A stretch of 64,000 bases of DNA. It comes from Squalus acanthias. Taxonomy: Eukaryota. This document shows, one piece after another, positions 36,834 through 51,046 of the stretch (within the stretch, counting starts at the first letter, position 1; every line of letters starts with the position of its first letter). Below the pieces are notes generated by a model. That model saw only the letters and a list, made by a program, of their open reading frames with translations. It searched no databases and was not told where the DNA came from. Location of the stretch: assembly GCA_030390025.1 (NCBI GenBank), contig CM059438.1:67582001-67646000 (forward strand), written 5' to 3'. A program made the position numbers and the translations under genes.

Positions 36834-38489
36834 AGCAGTCTACAATCTGGTCAGAGCAAGCTCTGCACTCTTAAAAGCTGCCTGCAGGTGACATTATCTG
36901 AATCTACTCATACATCCCCCACAGATAGCAGTGCTGTGTGTAGATTTTGTTTCTGCATTGACCAATGAAAATTGAGCTTGAAGATGAATACAGCATGTTT
37001 AAGCATAGTGGCCCCATGGATATGCCTGTGCACACCCGTACGTTTGTGTTTTTTTAATTAAATGGGTCGAAGTCAAAGAATAATTTGAGAATATGTGGTT
37101 CCATCTTGCAGCGTGAATTACAAGCTATTAACTGTGAAGTGGTGTGATTGTAAGTTTCAACAATACTGCTATTAAAAAGGTTGTGCTACTCTGAGATGCA
37201 GTTACAGTTTTGTAACTGAATAGATTTTGGAATGTGAAAGATGGAGAGATTTTGATAATCAACCAAAAAATAGTTGTATTGCATGTAAGTGGTGTGGTCA
37301 GATGGGAATTCCTGGCCACAAAAGTTCCCCCTCCTACAGCAGGTTCCTGATCTCAGCCTGCATGATTGACACTCTCCTGCACACTTAGCGTGTCACCTTG
37401 TGGATTTAACTGTCTCTTGGAACTCGATATTTAATGCCTATAATGGGATTGTGAGCAAAAGCAATTTGATCTGTTAAATTCACTACTTTCTGTCTGAATT
37501 TTGTGTTTTTAGTTTAAAAAAAATTTCGACTGAAATTCTTTAACTGATTTACAACCCATTTATAGGAGGCTGTAGCCGACATGGACAATGCTGTTAGTAA
37601 GAGATTGTCTCTGAGCTTTACTTCTTATCAAACACTGTCTAAAGACCCCATTAGATTGCTGTTCTTCAGTTACGGGTTTAATACAACAGCTACAAAGGAC
37701 ACATTTTAATGTATACCAACCTCAGAGGTATGAACAGCCCACGTAGTCAGCACAAGTCTCCCAGACATCCTGTCTCAAACCTGCAGCACACAAGCACTTC
37801 TGCTTCCTGCGCTTGCAATAAGATATGATTGCTTTCTCGAGAGGCAGCTGACACCACACTCACCCACTTAACAATGATCATCACTGTTGGATTATTGATT
37901 GTCTTTTTGCTGGTGTGCTCTGCTCCTTGAAGTAGTTTGAAGGTGTACTCCAAGAGCATTTGAGGCTGTTGTCAACTTTGGTTTAAAAAAAAAATTGTGG
38001 GATAGACTTGATTTTTAGATCACATTTGTTTTCTGGTACGTTATACTTTTTGGCTGCCTGCTTCGGCGAGAAGGAAGGCGGGTGTCTGCTCGTGCCAGTC
38101 ACACTAACTGGCAACTAGAAGCAATAGAACAATGGCACAGATTTAACTTGCTATCTTGTCGTCATTCTCTGAGAGGATATGGTGGATCTCTAATAGCATG
38201 TCTAAGATTAATATGTCATTATTCATGCAGAATTGTAAAAAAAAAAGCATCCTGCCCGTGTTATGGCATCAACATGCTGTGTCGGCCATTCCACCATGAA
38301 TTGTAGAATTTTAAACCGTTAATTACAGAGCAAAAGTGAAGCTGTAGTCTGATATTTAAAAAAATATTGTTATGAAGTATTACCCAAAAATTTGAAATGA
38401 AAGAAATCGCTTCTGTGCAGATGAGATAGTTCTGCAGTGTTGTGGAGTATCAGTGGATGACATTACAGAGTTGCAAGACATGTTAGAAG

Positions 38490-39045
38490 CACAGAAGATA
38501 GGAGCAGGAGTAGGCCATTCGGCCCCTCGAGCCTGTTCCGCCATTTAATGAGATCATGGCTGATCATCCAAATTCAGTACCCTCTCCCTGCTTTCTCCCC
38601 ATATCCCTTGATCCCTTTAGCTTTAAGAAATATATCTATCTCCTTCTTGAATATATTTAATGAATTGGCCTCAACTGCCTTCTGTGGTAGAGAATTCCAC
38701 AGGTTCACCACTCTCTGGGTGAAGAAATTCCTCCTCATCTCAGTCCTAAATGGCTTACCCCTTATCCTTAGACTGTGACCTCTGGTTCTGGACTCCCCCG
38801 CCATCGGGAACATCCTTCCTGCATCTAGTCTGTCTAGTTCTGTTAGAATTTTATAAGTTTCAATGAGATCCCCTCTCATTCTTCTAAACTCTAGCGAATA
38901 TAAGCCTAATCGACCCAATCTATCTTCATACGTCATTCCTGCCATCCCAGGTATCAGTCTAGTGAATCTTCGCTGCACTCCCTCCATGGCAAGAACATCT
39001 TCCTCAGATAAGGCGACCAAAACTGCACACAATGTTTGGTCCTTT
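38490..39045 (-). mobile_element. CR1 3' fragment, same subfamily as copy 1
   Basis: Near-identical to ~9100-9645. Confidence 0.92.
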
Positions 39046-40234
39046 GATCCCCCCCCCCCACCCCCCACCTTAGTGAGTTAACAAACTCTGTCTTGCTGTC
39101 ACAAGGAGATCACCAGTTGAGACCAGGTAATCCTGTAGTTAATGGCTTGATAGTCAATAACTATCCTACCCATTTGGACAGACATGATTCATAGTGCTCG
39201 GCGACACGAAAGTAGAAGGGGACAAAGAAACTAGAAAGTACCTGGTGAAGGGAATCTCACCCAAATAATAATGAAACAGGCACGATGGGCTAAATGGCCT
39301 CCTTCTGTGCTGCATCTTTCTTTGAACCTCTTTAATTGTTTATTAGTATTGCAAAGAGTGATAAATAATCCAAGTTTTGAATCAACTGTGTGGGTTCAAC
39401 TAGGGTTACACTCTATCGTTTAGTGGTTAAAGGAAATTGAGCGTGGCTTCCTTTACTGCCCACCTCCAAATTCTGTGTATCTTATGGAAGTGATTTAGAA
39501 TAAAACTTTGGAGTCTGAATTTGATTATGGGCTGCTGTCCTTGATTGCAATGATCAATAACTTGCTTGACAATATTGTGAACACAGATCCATTTGACTTG
39601 AGAGCAACCAATAATTTGTACTCTGAAGGAACCTTCAAATTAATCTCTTGGTATTGAAGGCAGGAGCGTGGTAGTCTAGATATTGCCAGAGCAGGCAAGT
39701 TTCAGACCCCCAGGAGTGCCTGAAAACTGTACCTCTTAATGCTGACTCACCTATGGTGACCAATGACAAACAAGTGTGGTAAAAAGCAAAGACCAGCTGC
39801 TCAGAGATTGCAAATCTCTATTTGAATGACAGCTGGTGCCTCAGCAGCTTTGTAGAAAAAGTGTCTTTAGTTGCTATGGCAGTAAAGGACCAGAAGATTA
39901 TCATGATTGCTTCATTGATTATGATTTCTGAAAAAGAGCAAAATGAGATAGGTATGTTCTCAAAAACAGGAAATGACTTTGACATTGTAGAACATTTTTT
40001 TTTGGGGGGGCAGTGTTGGAAGCTCTGTGAATGGCACTATCATCATGTTGTTAATCTCATTGTTTGTTTGTCATTTAGTTGCCTATGTTTTACTTTTTTT
40101 GAAACAAATGATGAATGGCATCCATTTTGCCCTCAATAGTGTAGGGTTGTGGCATTTTGTTGAACAGAGATCCACAGCAAGCAGCACCAACAGAAAAGAA
40201 GCTTCATACTATCTGGAAAGCACTTTTACAGAAG

Positions 40235-41287
40235 AAACGGGAAACTGTTCAACCTCCGTCGCTTCCAGTCCAGATCCAAGGTCGTCCCATTCTCTGTCAT
40301 TGAATTACAGTATGCAGACTACGCTTGCATCTGCGCGCACTCGGAGGTCGAACTCCAAACCATTGTCAACACCTTCACCAAAGCATACGAGAGCATGGGC
40401 CTTACACTAAACATTCGTAAGACAAAGGTCCTCTACCAACCTGCCCCCGCCACAAAGTACTGCCCCCCGATTATCAAAATCCACGATGAGGCCTTGGACA
40501 ATGTGGACCACTTTCCATACCTTGGGAGCCTACTGTCAACAAGGGCAGACGTCGATGACTAAGTCCAAAACCACCTTCAGTGTGCCAGTGCAGCCTTCGG
40601 TCGCCTGAGGAAGAGAATGTTTGAAGACCAGGACCTCAAACCCAGCACCAAGCTCATGGTCTACAGAGCAGTAGTGATTCCTGCCCTACTGTATGCTTCA
40701 GAGACAAGGACCATGTACAGAAGGCACTTCAAAGCACTGTAGAGGTACCACCAATGCTGCCTCCGCAAGATCTGCAAATCCATTGGCAGGATAGGCGCAC
40801 CAATGTCAGTGTTCTCGCTCAGGCCAACATCTCCAGCATCGAAGCTTTGACCATGCTCGATCAGCTCTGATGGATGGGCCACATCGTCCGCATGACCAAT
40901 ACGAGACTACCAAAACAAGCGCTCTACTCGGAGCTCCCCAGGTGGGCAGAGGAATCGTTTTAAGGGCACCCTTAAAGCCTCCTTGAAAAAGTGCAACATC
41001 CCCTCCGACACCTGGGAGTCCCTGGCCCAAGACCGCTCAAAGTGGAGGAGAAGCATCCGGGAATGTGCCAAACACCTCGAGTCTCTTTGCCGGGAGCAAG
41101 CGGAAGCCAAGCGGAAGGAGCGCACATCAACCCAAGCACCCCACCCACCCGCCCCTTCAACCACCGCCTGCCTCACCTGTGACAGAGACTGTAGGTCCCG
41201 CATTGGACTCATCAGTCACCTGAGAACTCATCTTTAGTGTGAAAGCAAGTCATCCTCGGTTCCAAGGGACTGCCGAAGAAGAGAAGA
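40235..41287 (+). mobile_element. RTE-clade LINE 3' fragment
   Basis: ELQYAD..., GLTLNIRKTKVL, C-terminal CLTC..HLRTH Zn finger, GAAGA-repeat end. Confidence 0.8.
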
Positions 41288-43407
41288 CCACTTTATTCAA
41301 AGCTTGATCAAGTTCTGAATTAGTGAATGGTTAATAGATTTTTACTTTGCTGCTGGTAAGTCCCACTGACAAGGCGGGAGGTGAAGTCAATTATTTTATT
41401 TAAACTTGATGAATTTTACATCAGTACAGTGACATGTTTCTCCTCTTGCTTATTCTGTTGTCTCTGTCACTCCCGAACAAAGACCTTCGGTATAATTCAA
41501 AGAACTGCAGAACTCCCATATTATGAGTACAGGAATCATGGCATTTTATAATATCTCTGGATTGATGTGACCACAAAGGATCGAAAGTAAAAGGCAGTGG
41601 TGCTGAACTGCATTTCAAAGGTGCAGAGCATTTCTCAGCACCTAATCCAGACACACACACACTTTGTACTTTTAACTAGACAGCTTTGGAAAAGCTTTTA
41701 AAGCTTTGATGACTGCGAAAGATGCGGCCTTCAAAAAAGAATTCCTGGGTACAACCCCAGCGAGAGATAAAGAAAAGAGAAAATCATGTGTTCCAGGCGA
41801 GCATGCAAGAGATGGCTTACTGCAATTTGTTTTTGACACTGAAGTGCCATTGGTTGTCTTTGGCAGTGCGGTTTCAGCTTGTGCGTTGGTGACGTTCTCT
41901 CCATTCATAAAATGGTGGGTTGTCGGTTCATGTCCATGGTCATTCCTCATTCCAGTCACGGGTAGCAGTGGCGTAGGCAGGATTTTTTTGGGGTGTGGCT
42001 GTGCTTGGATATGAGCTTGTCAGAGTAATCAAAACTACTTCAAAAAGTTCAATTTTTCAAATAAGGATTGCGCTATAAGGTTCCACCTGTGACATTATTC
42101 CCTGCATTAATCTAACCATTCAATTGAAAAGAAAAAGCAGTCCTGTCAGACAAAGATTCTGAAGCACGAAGTCCAGATCGCTGCTTTATCAATTACATTG
42201 GGATATTATACTGAATAGAGTAGCAGTGAATATTTGGAAGCACAACTAATCCGTTTTCGCTGGTGGAATTGCGGAACTGACTAGCTGTGGAAGAACATCC
42301 GTTGTTTCTGTGTTCTATCAAAGAAGAAGCAGTTCGATTAATTAAAAAAAATATAGAAAGTTCGGCATGTGTTTGAACACTCTGAACACCCCCTGTCTGC
42401 ACCACTGATGCAATTACATAGGTATACACCAGAAGGAGCCCAGTCCTGGAGGTAATGTTGTTCATCTGGTAACTCTTTGTTGACAGGTACAAGATCAATA
42501 AGTTCAAACATGGGCTGGATTTTGCCAATGGGGAGCTTTTGGAGGCGGGACTCCCACTTGTCGGGTTTTAGTCCCGCCTCCATCGACTTCTGGCCAATCC
42601 ACGCTATTTTCCCTTGATTGACCTTGTTAAGCCCGCCCAGCCCGGTTACAGAGAACATCGGCGTATGACGTTTCATCTGTCAAAAATTTTTGACAGATGA
42701 ATTGTCATCGTTTGACAGCTCTGTGAAGCTGTCAAACACTGACATTCTCTGTTGTTTGATGAGTTCTTGTATTCAAGACTCATCAAACCTCTTTTGTGAG
42801 CAGAAATTAGTTGGCTGTTGCATCGGATAATGCAGTAACCATCTGTTATCTCTGCCGGTGAGATGTGAGACTCTCCGCATCCCCAACGTTTGAAGCCTGC
42901 AGGAAGAAACAAAGGTAAGTAAACATTTTCTAGCACTTTCCACTCACCTCCCATACTTACCTCTCCACACTTGCACCCATCACTTACCCACACAGCGCAC
43001 TTTTGCCCCCCGCAGACCCACTACTCACCTCGTGGGGTTCGCAGCCTTTGGGAAGCCCGCACTTGTGTGGGTAAAATGGGGATAATCCTCTTATCTGCCT
43101 GTTAACTACCAGTTAACAGGTAGTTAAGTGGCTGTAATCCCCTTCCCGCCTCCAAGGAGACGGGACCCGGTGCGGGTCGGCTACTCGCCTCCTGGCAAGA
43201 TGGCATGGAGGCGGGATGGGCACCCGCCCCCAGATTCTGCCATTTTCCCGGCAGTCCCGCCTCCATACCCACCTCCCCAGGGCTGGCACGATCGCGCCCA
43301 TAGATGCTGAAACAAGATTGCAGCCGGAATAAACAGACAGATCCTGTAAAAGCAATGGGGTCTCTTCAATGACATTCAAACCCAGATCTCCCACACAAGA
43401 ACACAGT

Positions 43408-44496
43408 GGCCCAAAATTTGCTGCAAAATTAACAGCAAGTTCATAGCACACGCCATTATTAATGCATAAAAAGCCAGCACCGTGTGGCGAGGAAGAGGTG
43501 AGTTGCGAATCGCCACAAATTGTTGGACGATTTGCGCTGCTCCACCATTAGCCTAGTAAAGACTGGAGCTCACAGTCAACCTCCCCGTGCGCTGTAAAAT
43601 TGAATAAAGCTCGCCGCAGAAAGTTAAGGGTGCTATTTCACTGCGTAAGGACCATGTTAATGGGGTAATTTATGTTTCCAATGACCTTCCACTTGGAAAT
43701 CAGTTAGCAATTAATAATTATTCTGCACATGTCGCATTAAGCATGCAACCAAGATGCAAGTTAAACAGGGGAAATTATAAAATGAAGTATATCCTTAACG
43801 GAGAATAAAAATGTCATCTCCTCCAGCCCTACAACCCTTCCAGATATCTGCATTCTTCCAATTCTGGCCTCTTGAGCATCCCAATTCGCTCCACCATTGG
43901 TAGCCGTGCCATCATCTGCCAAGGCCCTAAGCTCTGGAATTCCCTCCTAAACCTCTACTTCTCTTTCCTCCTTTAAGACGCTCCTTAAAACCGATTTATT
44001 TCTGCCCTAATATCTCCTTATGTGGCACGGTGTCAAATTTTGTTTGATAATCACTCCTGCGAAGTGCCTTGGGATGTTTTACTACGTAAAAATATCTCGT
44101 TTTCGTGCGCTGGCAGTAGCTGCATTTGGTTCCTGAATTTTATGAATTAAAAAAACAATCTGAACCCTGGGCAGGAGGCTGTCTTCTTCATAGGTTCATG
44201 GTCCATAGGCATGTAATTCGGTGATATTTTAATAAACTTTGTCGAAATAATCAGATGTCCAAGCTGCCACTTCAGCACTTTGCTAACCATTCAAATCCTT
44301 AAATCTCATTGGTTAAGGAGATACACTATTAGTCCTATCATTCACCAAGGTCCCAGATGCCCTGTTGGCCCAGTGTTAACAGCGCATGCTTCCAGCAATT
44401 TGCGGCGCAAAATTAATTGAAGCTGAAGGGTGAGGGGGGGGAAAAAAAACTCGCTGCGCTCACCGCGAGATGCCCTGATCCAGCAAATTCTGGGCC
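43408..44496. mobile_element. TIR element (MITE) containing an L2 3' fragment (~43820-44090)
   Basis: GGCCCAAAATTTGCTG ... CAGCAAATTCTGGGCC. Confidence 0.65.
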
Positions 44497-45934
44497 AATG
44501 TTAGAAAAGGTCCTCTGTGTTTCCATGGAGATTTGATTGCAATGTCTAAAATAACCACTTCAAAACAACTTTATTCTTGAAGTCAGGAGTCCTTTTTTTC
44601 CTGAAGGATTTGAGGAAAATAGCTTTTGAATTCATAAATCTGAAATTGTCAAAGATGAAGATAATTGTTTGTATGTTGTTTTGCCATTTTAAAAAAAGTT
44701 AATAATGACACTGCAAAATAGTGCTTCTAATTTATTTTGTCACTCAAAACACAAATGTAAAAGATTTTAACAACTAAAGAATCCATTGAGAGCCTGGTGT
44801 TATGAATGAACTGGAATAGAATATCGATGTGGAATAGAATCTTGTCAGCAGGCTCCTCTGAACAGGGCCCCACTTTTGGCTCTATGGTACTTCAAACAAT
44901 TGTAAATTCAGAGATGTATTTCAATTCATTGAAAAACTCAAATGTGTGGTGTTTAATGTATAGCACATGTCTGCAGAAAAGTTGCATATAATTACATTAG
45001 TTCACACTTCCAGTCTTGACCATAAGTTAGCGTTCTGTCACTTTAGTGCATTATATGGCTGACAATTAAACATGACTTGCCCTGTAGGCAGGCATGTTCT
45101 AATGATAACATTCAGATTAACAACGCTTCGGTGAAGCGCCTTGGGATGTTTTCCCCATATTAAAGTTGTAAAATGGTTCAGCAGCAAGTGTGGAAAATCA
45201 ACTGTGTGACGCCGTTTCAATTCTCGCCCAGAGTGGTGAGATGAGACTCTCTCTTTTCAGCCAGTTGTAAGGGTTTTGCGTCAGAATGAGTTGAGGTGGT
45301 TTCAATCCAGTTCCTCGTAGCCATGGTCACAGTCGCATTCAGACCACAAGGATGGCTGGTGAGGGAAATGGAAATGTCACCTTATTGCAGTAAAGGGCGT
45401 CCTTCTTCTAATGTTGAGGCTAAGGCACCTTGTTCAGTCAGAGAAGCATCAGCTTGCATTTTGCTGTGCTGTACCTGAACTAGCTCGACACGAACAATGA
45501 ATGGCTGCCTGGAAATGAGAAATATTTCTGCCCTCTAGCAGTGATGTAACTTGCCTTTTAATACATTTAAAAGAACTCACAACCCTTCACCTTCCTAAAA
45601 ACAGGACTGGGAACCCCAGGAGATGCGAGAACACCACCCCTCCATCAGAAGTATATTGAAAGCTGGTTCATCTATGACAATGTCCCATTAACCATTTTAG
45701 TGCATGAGATGGAGAGATTTGCATTTCACACCGAACAAAAGCTTCCATTTCCTAAATGTTGAAGTACAGTCAGTGGATAAAGTAGAGTTTTCTGTTTTTC
45801 AAAGGCTCACAGCCCTGTTATGCACCGGGGCCATTTTAGATATGGGCGATGGTGTAAAATGGCCGATATTGAATTGCTGCTCATTATAGACTCAGTCTGA
45901 TTTTTCCCTTCAATTGACTAAATGGAGTGCCTTC

Positions 45935-46058
45935 ACCACATGGATTGCAGCGGTTCAAGAAGAAGCCCCATCACCACCTTCTCGAGGGCAACTTGGGATG
46001 GGCAATAAATGCCAGCCTTGCCAGCGACGACCACATTCAGAGAATGAATTTAAAAATA
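45935..46058 (+). mobile_element. Zenon-like LINE 3' tail
   Basis: GGAGTGCCTTCACCACATGG...GGGCAATAAATGCCAGCCTTGCCAGCGAC. Confidence 0.85.
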
Positions 46059-46309
46059 ATATATGTATTTGTTATCTCTTCTTGGATTCTGAGGCATTGG
46101 CGCAGATTTTGTGGTGGGTATGATGGTGTACTCTGAGAGTACGCCGTCATACCGCCTTTGAAATTGACCGCAAGTTTGGGATTTCCACATGCGCTTGTGA
46201 GCTGTCAAGGTACACTTTGACATATCATCTGCACCGATGGGGAAATATTCATAGCTGGTGCAGAGTTGGACTAATTGCCCACCAACTGCCCAGCAATTAT
46301 GGACAAAAA

Positions 46310-47640
46310 TGTGGCACTGGAGCCTGTTTCACTGGTGGAAGGCTGCTGAGTCTGGGAGCCAGAGACTGCAGATGGCCTTGCAGGACGCCCTTGACCAGCT
46401 CTGGGCCTGGAGGGCTGCAGACTGCACCACCTCAGCATGGGCGGCAGCAGTCTGGGCTGGCTGGGTTACAGGCTGCGGCAAGTGCAATGGCGGAGTGGCA
46501 GTGGTGGGAGCAGGAATGTTGTCATCCTGAGAGAGGACAGCACCTTCCTGCTCGACCGACACACTGCCACTCCCCCGGGGCAGAACCTCAGCATCCAGAG
46601 CAATCTTCTGGAGCACAGATTGCTGGCCTGCTGTGGCACCGTGAGATCCCCGGTGGACTGTGGGCGACCCAGCGAGGATGGCAGCAGTCAGCGCTTGTGT
46701 GGCATCAATCTGAGACTGCATGAGAGCACTGAGATTGCATGTCAGCAACCACTGACTCCATTACAGCACTAAGTTGCATTGCCTCAGCCTGTGCTGCAAT
46801 AGCTGCTGCCACCTCACCCATGACACGCGGCATGAGGTCTGGGTCCCCACGGTCTCTGAGTCAACCATCCTTTGCAAACCGCCAAGGATGGGCTCAATGG
46901 TGTGCGCAGAGATGAGAGCAATGCTGGCGGCGGACTCCTCCAAGCTCCTAGCCAGTGCATCCATGCTCTCGGGCACCCTTGCCATGGCACCCATGAGCTC
47001 GGTGTGCATGCCCATCGCCCATCTGGTCATCGCCTCCACATCGAGGTCCTCATTTGAGTCCTGTGCAGCAGAACACGTGCACGCACTCGCCCTCCGGGGA
47101 GATGGCCCCCGGGTTTCCCTTTTCCCATCTTCGGTAGCGCCCCTGACTTCCCGCCGGACGCTATGTCCGACGGGGTCAGGGGGGCCTACCTGCGGCCAGG
47201 GCGACGCTAATTAAAGGCGAGGGGCCGGGCCGCCATTTTTGTTGCTGGCCGCTTGCCAGCACCTGCCCCCGTTGCCGTCCCTGGCCTCCTGACCCACCAA
47301 CGTGGAGTGCCGGCTGCGCTCCGTGAGCCCGGCACTTCTCTTGAGTGCCGGGCTCTTTTGCCGGCACTCCCGAATCCCGGGGGTCCAGCTGGGCCCCGGA
47401 TCGCGCTGCGCAAGCCCCCTCCCCTTTAAGAAGGGGAGGAAGGCCTGCAGTACCGCGGCACGTAGCGCCGCGATATTCCCTCGCAGCGCTCCAAGAGGGA
47501 GGCGGGGCGCTTCCAGTAGCGGCCCGCTTCCCTCTTGGGGCACTACCGATGAATTTCGGCACGGGGGAGCTAATTTTTTCGGGTAAGTAGCGCCCCAGCG
47601 AAGTTAGCGCCCCAAAGGGGCACGACTCAATTTATCCCCC
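46310..47640. mobile_element. Longer Harbinger-like derivative: coding-like remnant joined to a MITE end
   Basis: 47130-47640 homologous to 25200-25673; minus-strand ORFs 46761-47039 and 46329-46748. Confidence 0.5.
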
Positions 47641-50475
47641 TTGCAGTTTTACCCATAAATACAGATCCTAAATGTACCGCATCAGATTAGTGGAACGGAC
47701 CGTGTAGATCCCTATGTTACTATTTAATTAATTGCCAGACATTTACTGCTGCAGAGCCACTCATTTAAAATTGAATGTTTATGCAAAGGGTGGAAATGAG
47801 TAGAATACGACTGAATTTAAAAGTAATACATAATGCAAAAGATTTTGAAATCAAAAGCAAAATACTGCGGTTACAAGATTTTGTAATTCTTGTCATTAAT
47901 TTGGAGATGAAAATTGCTTCTACTTCTCTTTTAAATTGAAGTGAAGATAAATACTTCAAATGTGCTTTTTAACTGAAATTTTGAAGAAAAAAGGACAGTG
48001 GGGAATTTGGTGCAGAGCCTTGGGACACTGCCCTTTGACGTTTGGGGCCTGGGTTTCAATCTAGCCCTGACTGATAGGATGAAAGACAGCTGTTGAGTGC
48101 CATTGTGGTATGATTTTTGGGCAGCCTGAACCCAGTTGCAAGTGGGCATAGGTCCACTGCACCTGTCTCCATCAGTACTGGGCAGATTGACATTAAATTG
48201 GCAGTATTACTTCAAGAGGTTGGAATGGGAATTTATGAAAATATCCACTCTGGTGAAGTAAATGTGGTTGTGAGTTTGTTTGTAATACGCGTTGAGTGGA
48301 GAGTGTTTTCGCTGCACCTGGCTGTAATCTACTTGACCTGACTAGATCCTGATGCCTGGGGGGGTGGGGGGAATTTTAACCCTACTCCCCCCAACCCCCA
48401 GTCCAGCAGAAACTGGGCTCAGGGCAGTTGCAATGAAGCAGGGGAACTTACCCGCTACCTTCCCACTTTGATCTGGCCAACTACAATTTCAAATTGCAGG
48501 CGGCAAGGACGCCTGCCCAAAGCTGGTGGGGTCCTTCTTTAAATATGCAGCTTGGGCTCTGATGACATCATCGGGCCTCACTGCAATATTGACCTAATGC
48601 CTGAGCAGGAGAGAAGCCGTGTATAGAGAAAAGGCTCAGATAATTTTGTTTTAAGGTTTCCTTGTGAAAGCTTTGGCCCACTCCTACCCCTGGCTTTGTC
48701 TCATTCTCCAAAATCACGCCCAGCCCCCTCTCCCCACCCTCGCCCGATCTACTTACCTGACAGCCAAGCGCCTTAACGTTAGATCCTGGTGGTGGCCGCA
48801 ATGGAAATGAGTCCCGGGACCTAAATTTTATTCGGTCCTCGGGCTTGCTGATCGACCCAGGAAGCCACCCCTCCGCACACTCACTCACACACACACTGAT
48901 CTCGCCTTCCGATAACCTCGCTCCCCAGGTGCCTGATGTGGAAGCAAATTCCATTCTCCAGTCGCAATATCCAGTGGCATCGTCCTTAACCTTGACGAGA
49001 ACAAAAAATGCCCCCTGAAGCAAAGATTTAGGACCATCAGACAAGGTGGCCGATCAATGAACAACCCCATTGGTGCTTTTCCTGAAGAAAATCAGAAGGA
49101 AGTGTGCAAGGAACCATTATAAGGAAAAAAAATATTGAAACACCCCATGGTTGCCAAGGAACAGAAGCAACAGGGAGAAGATCTTTAGAAATCAATTGAA
49201 TAGTTATTAATGTGTAAATAAGGATTATTTAATATGCACAGTGCATTTTAAGTCCATTTGCTGTTAATGGAACTGAAACACACCATGCTACCCATTAACT
49301 CTTAAATTGTTGCACATTATTCCTGGCAATGTTCTGGATTTAAATAATTTACCCTGTTTAACAGATTGCCTTTTTAAAGAGAGTCTTGCATCATAAATCT
49401 TTTTTAGAGTTTGAACTGTTAACAGAATTACAGTGACCTTGAATACTGCTTTCTGCTTGATTATGTGTTTCTGTTTTGTTTTGCCTTCTTTGAAGTTTTA
49501 TATTCAAATGCCATCAAGTGGCAACTGGCTGAGCGGACTAACTGAACCCTGATAGCCTGTCCCTATCTTAGTGAGGAGTTCAGAGCCAGGTTGGGTCGCC
49601 AACCCTTCAGGTTTATCCTGGGATCGCCAGGAATGAACGATTAATCTCCTGCGAGCAACCCTTAAGAAAAATCTTCGGGACATAGAAAAGAACTGTTTTG
49701 TTTTCATTATCTTTGACCACTTTTCTTTATTGCTTCTAAAAATATTGGAGCTAGGCTTTGGTTTGTTTGACTGGGTGGGGGTGGTTGGAGGTGGGAGGTC
49801 ACGTGCTGAAACCTCCAGGAATATGTCCATCCAGAGTTGACAGCCAGGGTTTGTTGGGACAGCACAGGCTGTGCTCCCATGCATTATGACGGGTTACCTG
49901 AAGACACTGCATTTGATAAAACTGTCACCTTTTTCAGTGCATATCTGAAAAGTTTACCTTGACTCGTAATAGTCTACAACCTGCAGGCACAATCAGAAAG
50001 GTAGTCATGCAATCGTAGCTAATTGTTGCTTCTTCACCTCTTGTCACAAACAAGGTGAAGTGTAAAACAGGGCTGTTTGCCTTAATGAGATTGGCCTTTC
50101 GACGTCAACAGGTGAAATAATGGCTGTCCCTCCGACCCCTGCTTAACGGCTGATAACCTTGTGATGCTAATTGGGCTCCATAGACTCCACAGGCCTCAGT
50201 AGTTCCTTCTGAGCTAGTTACCCTGAAGAGATCATCAGCTCTGAATATTTTAAAACAAAATCTGCAGAATTGCAACAGGATGCTCAGCTAAAATCGCAAT
50301 GCTTTTTTTGTGAAAGGGATATTGTTGATTTTTGTAAACCTAAAATTGGTAAACAAGAGGTGCTTTGTTCTTCAATACAATAGCAAAATACTGCGGATGC
50401 TGGAAATCTGAAATAACAACAGAAAATGCTGGAAAAACTCAGCAGGCCAGGCAGCATCCGTGGAGAGAGAAACAG

Positions 50476-50511
50476 AGTTAACGTTTCAGGTCGAAGACCT
50501 TTCGTCAGAAC
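50476..50511 (-). ncRNA. Minimal type I hammerhead ribozyme motif
   Basis: GUU-CUGACGA-A-AGGUC uuc GACCU-GAAA-CG-UU-AAC. Confidence 0.72.
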
Positions 50512-50528
50512 ATTTCCTGCTTTTTTCC

Positions 50529-50565
50529 AGTTCTGACGAAAGGTCTTCAACCTGAAACGTTAACT
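50529..50565 (+). ncRNA. Minimal type I hammerhead ribozyme motif
   Basis: AGUU-CUGACGA-A-AGGU cuuca ACCU-GAAA-CG-UU-AACU. Confidence 0.75.
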
Positions 50566-51009
50566 CTGGTTCTCTCTCCATGGATGCTGCCTGGCCTGCT
50601 GTGTTTTTCCAGCGTTTTCTGTTGTGCTTTGTTCTTCCTTAGTTTACAAGATGGGGAGGGGAGGGGAACGGAAGGTGTCAGGTTATTGACCGAATAGCTT
50701 ACAAATGAATGTGTGTGGTAACTATTGCTGTTAGGTATGTACCTAGTTGGGGGGGGGGGGCGGTGGAGAAAGGATTGAGAACTGTTATTCAGTCAATTTT
50801 CCACTATCATAAAATGACTTACTGTGAAGTGACATAAATTGGGAATGATAGGAATGGCAGAAACTGTGTCTTGCTTCCAGCTCGGGGAGTCTACAGTAAG
50901 ATTGGTGTCTACAGGGAGAGAGGAAAAGTGGAAAGCAGACATGATTTTAAAAACAGAAAACGCTGGAAAAACTCAGCAGGCCAGGCAGCATCCGTGGAGA
51001 GAGAAACAG

Positions 51010-51046
51010 AGTTAACGTTTCAGGTCGATGACCTTTCGTCAGAACT
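51010..51046 (-). ncRNA. Minimal type I hammerhead ribozyme motif
   Basis: AGUU-CUGACGA-A-AGGUC auc GACCU-GAAA-CG-UU-AACU. Confidence 0.8.

Larger units (their letters stand above)
50374..50623. mobile_element. Penelope-like fold-back element with two hammerhead motifs
   Basis: Inverted arms; TSD GTGCTTTGTTCTTC at 50360-73 and 50624-37. Confidence 0.88.

Noticed and set aside
47995..48350. Ancient SINE-like stretch (also ~45230-45560)
   Set aside because: Only vague A/B-box-like motifs; too degraded to assign without a profile search.
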